Below are positions 1-6,394 of a stretch of 11,050 bases of DNA, in pieces (position 1 is the stretch's first letter; the number at the start of each line of letters is the position of its first letter). Below the pieces are notes generated by a model that was not told the origin of the DNA, made no database searches, and saw only the letters and a list, made by a program, of their open reading frames with translations. Location of the stretch: the NCBI GenBank assembly GCA_009784425.1, contig WRBR01000061.1, positions 1-11,050 on the forward strand, given 5' to 3'. This DNA comes from Coriobacteriia bacterium. Its GTDB lineage: Bacteria; Actinomycetota; Coriobacteriia; Coriobacteriales; UBA8131. The translations under genes and the position numbers were made by a program.

Positions 1-1
1 C

Positions 2-241
2 GGCTATATGTTTTTAAAAGAGCACTGGGGCAAAGGTTTTGCGAATGAAGCAGTTACAGCAATGATTGAATATGCTCAAAATGTATTAAACCTAAAGCGC
101 TTGTATGCCGGTATTGAAGATAAAAATGAGATGTCAATAAAACTGATTGAAAAACTGGGCTTTGAATTGATAGCAGTTTTGCCTGAATCGAATTTTTACG
201 GCAGAATTGCAAACGTGGCATACTATTCACGCACATTATAA
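2..241 (+). CDS. GNAT family N-acetyltransferase, C-terminal fragment. The 5' end is cut by the window edge. It resembles the RimJ/RimL-type C-terminus with the motifs GKGFANEA and IEKLGFE.
   Basis: The ORF is open from the window start to TAA at 239-241. The GNAT C-terminal motifs (acetyl-CoA binding loop G-x-G-x-A, the KLGF acidic patch) were recognised by eye. The segment is visibly more AT-rich than the rest of the window. Confidence 0.6.
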   Translation, partial: GYMFLKEHWGKGFANEAVTAMIEYAQNVLNLKRLYAGIEDKNEMSIKLIEKLGFELIAVLPESNFYGRIANVAYYSRTL

Positions 242-523
242 GCAAACTGGCAGGCATACTATAAATTTGACGTACTTCGTAATATTGTGGATTAACTAAC
301 CAGTAGACCCACAGAAGTAAACAAACAGAATATTAAGCAGAGCCTCTGGCAATGCACTTGTACTCAAGCTCTGATTTTGACTTCTGCAATCCCTGTAACC
401 ATACTGTTTTCAAGAGCCGACTTTTCTACATAACGGACGAAGCCTGACAAGGGGACGCGGGAAACGGTCGAGGCCACTATGAGACTGAGGGCGATGGCCT
501 GTAAATGAAGGAGGCGTCACAAC

Positions 524-790
524 ATGAATCCGATAGCGCTTGGTTTATACCACCACTACAAGGGCAGGCAATACGAAGTGATTGGATTTGCCAAACACAG
601 CGAAACGCTTGAGGATATGGTGGTCTACAAGGCCCTCTACGGCGAGGGCGGCACGTGGGTTCGCCCGCTCTCTATGTGGGATAACCCCATTGAAGTTGAC
701 GGCAAAACCGTAGCTCGCTTTGAGTATGTTGGCGAAGCCAGCGGGCAACTCGAGTTGGCAGAAGGTGTCAAAGTTATACAGCCCCTTTGA
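524..790 (+). CDS. DUF1653 domain-containing protein (small conserved protein of unknown function)
   Basis: An 88-aa ORF with a strong RBS, GAAGGAGG, 8 nt upstream of the ATG. The sequence YHHYKGRQYEV...HSETLEDMVVYKALY...WVRP matches the DUF1653 signature as I recall it. Confidence 0.75.
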   Translation: MNPIALGLYHHYKGRQYEVIGFAKHSETLEDMVVYKALYGEGGTWVRPLSMWDNPIEVDGKTVARFEYVGEASGQLELAEGVKVIQPL

Positions 791-825
791 CACCTTTTGA
801 CACTGCTCTGGCAGGGTTCAAATGC

Positions 826-1581
826 CTACAACAGTTTGCGTCTATATACTCTCATAGCAATAAGCCATGCTACGGTCATAGTGCCAAGGCACCACGCAAA
901 GGTTATCCACAGGTCATTTCCAATCGACTCGCTATAAAATAGGGATCGGATTGCTTCAACCATAGGCGTCATGGGCTGGTTCTCGGCAAAGAACCTGAGT
1001 GCGCTTGGCATCGTTTCCGTTGGCGCAAAAGCTGAGCTGAGCATTGGGAGGAAGATCAGCGGAAACGCGAAGAAGAAGGCCCCGTCACTCGTTTTTGCTA
1101 CAAGTCCCGGGATGATCGCAACCCACGTTAGCGCAAAGGTGAGGGCGATAAGGATTCCCGCTATTACCAGCCATTCGTAGAACGTGGCTTCAGTTCTAAA
1201 CCCTATGATGTAAGCAACTGCAAAGACTGCCACCAGAGTGAATATGCTTGATACCACTGAAGAGAGAACTTGCGCCCAGAGAGCCGAAGAGCGGCTCATC
1301 GGCATGGAGTTGAATCGGCTGAAAATTCCCTTTTCTCTGTCGCCAAACATCCTCACCGCTGTATAAGCCGTATTGTAGGCAATCGTCATGAGGAGTATCC
1401 CAGGCAATTGAAACGTGACGTAATTCACCTCTAAGGGCAAGCTTGCTTTGATAGCACCACCGAATACATAGACGAAGAGCAGCATGAGGCATATTGGCTG
1501 AACCATTGCAGTTACGATGGTTTCTGGGCTCCGAATGATATGCTTCATCAAGCGCATGAAAAGGACTAATGTGTTCTTCAT
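826..1581 (-). CDS. ABC-2 family transporter permease (DrrB/NatB-like, about 6 TM helices)
   Basis: A 251-aa hydrophobic protein with multiple predicted TM segments. Its ATG overlaps the stop of the upstream ATPase gene (ATGA overlap at 1578-1581). This is the operon architecture typical of ABC-2 exporters. Confidence 0.85.
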   Translation of the reverse strand: MKNTLVLFMRLMKHIIRSPETIVTAMVQPICLMLLFVYVFGGAIKASLPLEVNYVTFQLPGILLMTIAYNTAYTAVRMFGDREKGIFSRFNSMPMSRSSALWAQVLSSVVSSIFTLVAVFAVAYIIGFRTEATFYEWLVIAGILIALTFALTWVAIIPGLVAKTSDGAFFFAFPLIFLPMLSSAFAPTETMPSALRFFAENQPMTPMVEAIRSLFYSESIGNDLWITFAWCLGTMTVAWLIAMRVYRRKLL

Positions 1582-2336
1582 TGCGATTTCCCCTGTTCTG
1601 ATCCAATGATTGCGAGAAAGATCTCTTCTAAGGTGGGCTGCTTTGCGATGTATTCCATCTTTTTGGGTGGAAACAGTTTTTTGAGCTCATCAAGTGTTCC
1701 TTTGGCAATGATCTTCCCGCCGTGTAGGATCGCGATTCTGCTTGCTAGCTGCTCTGCCTCTTCGAGGTATTGAGTGGTCAGGAGGATCGTCGTGCCACCC
1801 AGGCTCAGCTCGCTGACTTTTTTCCAAACCTCTATGCGCGCTTCGGGATCAAGCCCAGTTGTGGGCTCATCGAGGAAGATCACCTCAGGATCTCCTATGA
1901 GGCTCATGGCGATATCAAGCCTGCGTGTCATGCCACCGGAATAGACAGCCGCCCGCTTGTTTGCCAATTCGCTCAAGCCAAAACGCTCAAGCAGATCTTC
2001 TGCCACTGCGCCAGCATTTTTGACACCACGCAGTTTTGCAATGAGCATCAAGTTCTCGCGCCCCGTGAGAACACTGTCCACTGCAGCAAACTGCCCCGTC
2101 AAACTGATGGATTGTCGCACTTTTCCTGGTTGGCGCAACACGTCATAGTTGCAAATGCTTGCGCTTCCTCTATCAGGCTTCATGAGTGTAGCGAGGATAT
2201 TGACCATAGTTGTCTTGCCCGCTCCGTTTGATCCAAGCAGCGCAAAAATCTCCCCTCGCTGGATTTCCAGATCAACACCTTTCAAAACGTCATTGTCCTT
2301 AAACGACTTATACAGACCACTGATTTGAATAACCAT
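1578..2336 (-). CDS. ABC transporter ATP-binding protein (DrrA/NatA-like). Walker A is GSNGAGKT, the signature is YSGGMTRR and Walker B is IFLDEPT.
   Basis: Walker A, ABC signature, Walker B, Q-loop and H-loop are all visible in the translation. The preferred start is ATG at 2336 (rc), which gives MVIQISGLYKSF, the canonical ABC N-terminus, with AGGAG 8 nt upstream. The track ORF extends further to in-frame TTG at 2393 and ATG at 2387, which are less likely starts. Confidence 0.85.
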   Translation of the reverse strand: MVIQISGLYKSFKDNDVLKGVDLEIQRGEIFALLGSNGAGKTTMVNILATLMKPDRGSASICNYDVLRQPGKVRQSISLTGQFAAVDSVLTGRENLMLIAKLRGVKNAGAVAEDLLERFGLSELANKRAAVYSGGMTRRLDIAMSLIGDPEVIFLDEPTTGLDPEARIEVWKKVSELSLGGTTILLTTQYLEEAEQLASRIAILHGGKIIAKGTLDELKKLFPPKKMEYIAKQPTLEEIFLAIIGSEQGKSQ

Positions 2337-2647
2337 AACGCGCACTCCTGTTGTCCTTATGAGAGCGTCTCTGCTCTTCTGGTTCATCACCAAGCCAACT
2401 TATCTACCTTCACAACGGGCGTTTCTCTGAGAACAAAACGTACCGCTCTCTATCAGCTTACGGTTGCGGCCAGGCAGAATCGAGCTACTCTGGTTGGAGT
2501 TTGAAGAAACTTTTGGTTGCGGAAGGAGTTTTACCAGACGTACCAGTATGTTATGAGCAAATAATCTATAAATCCTTTCGCTATTCACACTCGAACCATG
2601 CTTTCACTTTCGCTATTAAATGATGGGCACAAAGATTTCAAGGGGGA

Positions 2648-2757
2648 GACAGGGGGACGGTTCTTCTGTCTCAGAGACAGAAGAACCGTCCCCCTGTCTC
2701 AGAGACAGAAGAACCGTCCCCCTGTCTCAGAGACAGAAGAACCGTCCCCCTGTCAGG
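2648..2757. repeat. Tandem palindromic repeat array. One left arm, GACAGGGGGACGGTTCTTCTGTCTC, is followed by three head-to-tail copies of the 28-nt unit AGAGACAGAAGAACCGTCCCCCTGTCTC. Every copy can pair with the left arm.
   Basis: Read directly from the sequence. The unit is the perfect reverse complement of the left arm around an A centre. The copies are contiguous with no spacers. Confidence 0.9.
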
Positions 2758-2817
2758 TTCTGTAGAGACCCTTTTCCTGAGCCTCAAGCCTCACTTACCC
2801 AGTTGCCGCCATGCTCT

Positions 2818-2955
2818 GACACAAATCCGAGAGTTCCTGCCGCGTTTGCACGCAAAAGTACGATTTTCAGCCTATTATTAGTGGAAAATGGGTGTTCAAA
2901 GGTCAAAAATCGTACTTTTGCGTGCAAACGCGGCAGGAACTCTCGGATTTGTGTC
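2818..2955. repeat. A 138-bp perfect hairpin. The 50-bp inverted repeats (GACACAAATCCGAGAGTTCCTGCCGCGTTTGCACGCAAAAGTACGATTTT and its exact reverse complement) are separated by a loop of about 38 bp. It looks like a MITE or a recombination site.
   Basis: Left arm 2818-2867 and right arm 2906-2955 are exact reverse complements (50/50) on direct reading. The loop 2868-2905 is AT-rich. Confidence 0.9.
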
Positions 2956-2966
2956 ACTGAGCGCTG

Positions 2967-2997
2967 CCACCACCTAATCGCCGGAAGCTTCTTGTGC
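2967..2997. terminator. GC-rich stem-loop (12-bp stem ATCGCCGGAAGC / GCTTCCGGCGAT, loop TTCTTGT) immediately 3' of the SPFH gene. It is a possible transcript-end structure with no clear U-tract.
   Basis: A perfect 12-bp inverted repeat lies about 15 bp beyond the stop codon of the minus-strand gene that ends at 3012. There is no T-run on either side, so intrinsic-terminator status is uncertain. Confidence 0.35.
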
Positions 2998-3011
2998 TTC
3001 CGGCGATGCGT

Positions 3012-4106
3012 CTACTTTGAGCTCATGATTTCTCTGAGCTCTCCCAGGAGGTTTCCGCCACTTACTGAGATGGTTCCCACCTTGTCGCAGATCCTTTCCA
3101 GGTATTCAAGTTCCTTGAGCTTGTACAGCGTGGTGTTCTCCTCCATGAGTCGTGCCGTGTTGAGCAGACTTCTGGTTGAGGCAACCTCTTCACGACGGGA
3201 GATGACATTGGCCTGAGCGTTCTTCTCGGCCACCAAAACGGTGTTCATGATGTCACGGATTTCTCCGGGCAAGATGATGTCCTTGAGGCCTGCGTCGGAA
3301 AACTCAACGAACAGGGCGTTTTGCTTTGCCTGGAGCTGCTTCAAGACAAAGGCCGCAATGGAATCCTTTTGCTCAAGCAACTCGTCAAAACGAAAGCGGC
3401 CGATATACTCGCGCAGCGCGAGCTGGGTTGTTGCGTAGACCTGGCTCTTGTAGTCATTGATCTCGCTGATGACCTTGAGTGCGTCAACCACCCGATAGGT
3501 GCAGACAAAGTTAATACGGAGAGAAACCTTGTCGGCAGTGAGAATCTCCTGCCCCGCGATGTCCAGTTGCTGAGCACGCAGGTCAACCCTGAGAACAGAG
3601 ATCTTCTGCAGGTTGAGCCAGAAGTTATAGACACCGCTCTTGAGCATGCGCACAAACTGTCCATCCACGTACAGCAAGCCTGCTTCGCCTTCTGCCACCT
3701 CGTAGCTGCGATACAGGTGGCGGGGTACTGCCATCAGCTGCTCGGCAGTTAGTCCGCCAAGCTCCGCTTCCGTGGTGTTGATGAGCTTGAAGCTCTGCTC
3801 ACGAAAGCAGTTCCAGTAGCAGTAGGTGCCAGGGTACAAGTCGTCGACGATACGACCGTCCTCAGTACGCAGGGCGATGTGGCCGTCAGGCACGTCAATG
3901 CGGGTGACGCTCCGCGCAAACGCCTCGTCTCGCAAAAGAACGGCGATGTCTACGTTGGGGAGCGCAACAGGATGTGCAACATTTACCTTTACGCAGCTCT
4001 CGCCAAACCTCGTTGCCACTCTGTGCTTGCCGGGCAAGAGCAGCTTACGATACGTTCCGTTCTTGAAGAGAAATCCTCTCTCGTTTTCATTGATTACTGT
4101 TTTCAT
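3012..4106 (-). CDS. SPFH/band-7 (stomatin/prohibitin/flotillin/HflKC) domain protein. It is atypical: there is no N-terminal membrane helix, and the N-terminal beta-segment of the SPFH fold appears duplicated.
   Basis: The C-terminal 200 aa (KVSLRINFVCTYRVVDALKVISEI ... VLVAEKNAQANVISRREEVASTRSLLNTARL ... coiled-coil) match the SPFH core. The N-terminus, MKTVINENERGFLFKNGTYRKLLLPGKHRV, resembles the usual SPFH start, and a second copy of the same motif, GLLYVDGQFVRMLKSGVYNFW...VDLRAQQLDIAGQEILTADKV, follows about 150 aa later. The start was chosen at ATG 4106 (rc) because AGAGG sits 5 nt upstream. The track ORF extends to 4322 with no RBS, and its extra 72 aa have no SPFH counterpart. Confidence 0.75.
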   Translation of the reverse strand: MKTVINENERGFLFKNGTYRKLLLPGKHRVATRFGESCVKVNVAHPVALPNVDIAVLLRDEAFARSVTRIDVPDGHIALRTEDGRIVDDLYPGTYCYWNCFREQSFKLINTTEAELGGLTAEQLMAVPRHLYRSYEVAEGEAGLLYVDGQFVRMLKSGVYNFWLNLQKISVLRVDLRAQQLDIAGQEILTADKVSLRINFVCTYRVVDALKVISEINDYKSQVYATTQLALREYIGRFRFDELLEQKDSIAAFVLKQLQAKQNALFVEFSDAGLKDIILPGEIRDIMNTVLVAEKNAQANVISRREEVASTRSLLNTARLMEENTTLYKLKELEYLERICDKVGTISVSGGNLLGELREIMSSK

Positions 4107-4483
4107 TTTTACCTCTATTCTCTCGTTTTTGCCCCTGAACTCCCTGTAAGAGAGAGGGGCAGGTGTTTGATATTGCTTGTTGGTTTCCACCAAAAATGTC
4201 CACGTCTGTTTTGCGGGACCAAGGTTGAGCTCAACAAAAACTCCTCGGTGTGTGTTTCCCAAGTTGTGCAGAAACACTGTGGAAGAGGTCTGGTTAAGCG
4301 GTATCCCCTTTGTCGCAGGCAAACCATACGCTGCAAAGCGTTGCTTATTGGTTGGGCGTGTGCCTAAGCCTCAAAGCAACAGCTGTGCGGGACATTTTCA
4401 GTTTCGACCGTGTGGTGATAAGGCTTTGCTGGCCTTTTCAGGAGGGATACCGCAACAGTTATGTACTGCTGGCATCACGACAT

Positions 4484-4530
4484 ACTCTACCATTGAGCTA
4501 ACCCATGACGGGTGAAGGATTCGAACCTTC
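4484..4530 (-). other. tRNA-like fragments. A perfect T-arm (GAAGG-TTCGAAT-CCTTC) plus a 7-nt acceptor-like strand is followed immediately by a D-arm-like motif, TAGCTCAATGGTAGAG. This order cannot make a tRNA, so it is either a fossil att site or part of an ncRNA.
   Basis: The plus strand reads ...CTCTACCATTGAGCTAACCCATGACGGGTGAAGGATTCGAACCTTC... The reverse complement gives GGTTCGAATCC, the canonical T-loop, and GCTCAATGGTAGAG, the canonical D-arm. No complementary 5' acceptor strand (GACGGGT) exists nearby. No tmRNA tag reading frame was found either. Confidence 0.35.
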
Positions 4531-5158
4531 AACTGTGTCGAAAGGTCTGTTTTTCAGACAGAGTGACGGGCAGACATCCCGGCATACCGCAGGATAGAAT
4601 CCTCGGCACCGCAAGGGCCTCCTAACCCTTTGCATAGGGAAGTAAACCTAAAGTGAAGGGTACTACTCATAAGTTGTTTACCGGATTTGTGGTTGGTGCC
4701 GGCGAGCTGAGCAGTTTGAGCTGCTCTGCCGGTTGTCCAAACAGGTTTTGCGAAGCGTCGATACCAGTGTATCGGCACGCTTTAAAAAGGAACGACTCGT
4801 CATATGCTTATGACCGCCGTGTGAAGATGCTGTTGTCAAGGTTCAGTGGTTCTCGTTCGTTTCTACCAACAGGGGCTTTGGCCGTATATGCTCCAAACAC
4901 CAACCGGAGCCTTGTTGCCTAGAGCCGCTGCTGTTGTCTTCAGTACTTTGAAAACAATTCATGCTCTCACCTTTCTTTTTACTGATGCTCGTACTTGAGC
5001 CTGACCAAGATTAACCGGTCTTGAAACAATAATCATTTAAAAAAGTTTGCGAAGTCATATCTTGTGCGTTTTATCCAAGTCTTGGAAAATGGTTTTAGTT
5101 TCACTCCTTACCGGAGGCACGCGGCGGGCACAGTTGTTTGGAGGGCAGCAACAACGGC

Positions 5159-6394
5159 ATGGCGGATTTCTCAGAGCTGGTAAAAAGGTTTGATAAGATT
5201 AGAGACTATATGCATGACTTTTATGTGTATGGTTTTAAGTCACGCTTGGACTTTACCAAGAAGTCGCCGCGCACTTATGACAACGAGCGCCGCCGCATAG
5301 AGAGCTATCTGAGCGGTCACATGCAGTGGGATTACAGAAATGGCGCCAAGATATCCTTTGTTTCTCTAGACTGCGCTCAGGTTTTGAACAATCCCCTCTA
5401 TGCTGCGTGGAAGTCAAAAAGCTTTACTGCAAACGACATAATGCTGCACTTTTTCCTTTTGGATTCACTTTGCGAGAGCCCCTTGACCATAGAGGAGCTC
5501 ACGCAAGAAGTCTGCACAAGGTGCGAGCTTGTTCTCGACTCCCAAACCATCAGAAATAAATGTGATGAGTATGTGAGGCTGGGCATGCTGGAAAAGAAAA
5601 AGCAGGGCAGGGCCTACGTGTACCGTATCTCTACTGAGCCGGCCTTGTTGCCGCAAGAGCTTATAAACGCGGTGAGTTTTTTCCAGGGCGCAGCTCCTTT
5701 TGGTGAGATTGGCAGTTTTATCCTCGATAACGAAAAAGCAGCCAATACTGTTTTCTCCTTTAAGCACTACTACCTGGCGCACACGCTTGAAGACGGCATC
5801 TTGCTGGAGCTCCTCACGGCCATACGGCAGAGTCGATCGGTGACCTTCAAAAACCAGAGCAGCAAGTCGGAGCAGATATTTGCCTTTGAGGCAATTCCCT
5901 TGAAGATATTCGTCAGCGCTACCACCGGAAGGCGCTATGCCTGTATGTACTCGCCAACGAGCAGGCGTTTTTTCAACTATCGCCTCGATGCCATCAAGGC
6001 GGTAACCCTGGGCGAGGCTGCAGACTGCGCACCTCAACTGAGAGAGCAGCTGGATAAGAACCTCGATATGGTGTGGGGCGTGAGCTTTGGCGGCAAGGCG
6101 CGCTCTGACATCATTCGCATGACGCTGTATATCAATGAGAAGAGCGAGCACTATATCATCGACCGCATAGCGCGTGAAGGGCAGGGGGGCAGTCTTACTC
6201 GCCTGAAGAAAAACACCTTTCTCTTTACCAAGGAGGTCTTTGACAGCAACGACATGTCTCCCTGGATTAAGACGTTCACCGGCCGCATCATCGCACTTGA
6301 GGGGTCCAACCAGGCAGTAGTCAACCGCTTCTATCGTGACATCTCGGCTCTGGCACAGCTCTATGGCATTCAAGCCGGGGAGGCTGATTCTTAA
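5159..6394 (+). CDS. WYL-domain transcriptional regulator with wHTH-WYL-WCX architecture (PafB/BrxR/CapW-like), carrying an extra N-terminal domain of about 110 aa
   Basis: The wHTH is about TIEELTQEVCTRCELVLDSQTIRNKCDEYVRLGMLEKK. The WYL motif is RYACMYSPTSRRFFNYRLDAIKAVTL. The C-terminal WCX-like segment is YIIDRIAREGQGGSL. The start is ambiguous: ATG 5159 has GGAGGG 14 nt upstream, while the track start TTG 5138 has no RBS. The stop TAA overlaps the next ATG (TAATG). Confidence 0.75.
   Translation: MADFSELVKRFDKIRDYMHDFYVYGFKSRLDFTKKSPRTYDNERRRIESYLSGHMQWDYRNGAKISFVSLDCAQVLNNPLYAAWKSKSFTANDIMLHFFLLDSLCESPLTIEELTQEVCTRCELVLDSQTIRNKCDEYVRLGMLEKKKQGRAYVYRISTEPALLPQELINAVSFFQGAAPFGEIGSFILDNEKAANTVFSFKHYYLAHTLEDGILLELLTAIRQSRSVTFKNQSSKSEQIFAFEAIPLKIFVSATTGRRYACMYSPTSRRFFNYRLDAIKAVTLGEAADCAPQLREQLDKNLDMVWGVSFGGKARSDIIRMTLYINEKSEHYIIDRIAREGQGGSLTRLKKNTFLFTKEVFDSNDMSPWIKTFTGRIIALEGSNQAVVNRFYRDISALAQLYGIQAGEADS

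Noticed and set aside
1196-2231. ORFs 1196..1606 (-), 1770..2231 (+) and 1957..2148 (+) overlapping the ABC genes
   Set aside because: They are alternative-frame and antisense shadows of the well-supported ATPase and permease genes.
2648-2757. CRISPR array interpretation of the tandem repeats
   Set aside because: Repeat units are directly contiguous with no unique spacers. The unit is half of a larger perfect palindrome, and the same element occurs singly at 8243. There is no cas gene.
2620-3216. 198-aa plus-strand ORF in the track
   Set aside because: It is read straight through the palindromic repeat array and the 138-bp hairpin, giving reiterated RQGDGSSVSETEEP-type peptide. It has no RBS and no domain, and it overlaps the convincing SPFH gene on the other strand. 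It is a repeat-generated artefact.
4440-4900. tmRNA (ssrA), standard or permuted two-piece, on the minus strand
   Set aside because: Only a T-arm and acceptor 3' strand are present. There is no complementary GGGG-type 5' acceptor strand, no encoded CCA, and no tag reading frame ending in ..LAA-stop in the reverse-complemented 400 nt.
4177-4922. Small ORFs (4177..4515 +, 4310..4501 +, 4554..4778 -, 4653..4922 +) in the 1-kb spacer
   Set aside because: They have no RBS and Cys/Arg-rich composition atypical of proteins. They overlap the tRNA-like fragments, so the region is treated as non-coding or RNA.
5465-6373. 302-aa minus-strand ORF antisense to the first WYL gene
   Set aside because: The sense strand carries recognisable wHTH, WYL and WCX motifs and a coupled downstream partner. 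The antisense product is Ala/Arg/Leu-rich with no motif. It is a long shadow ORF in moderately GC-rich DNA.
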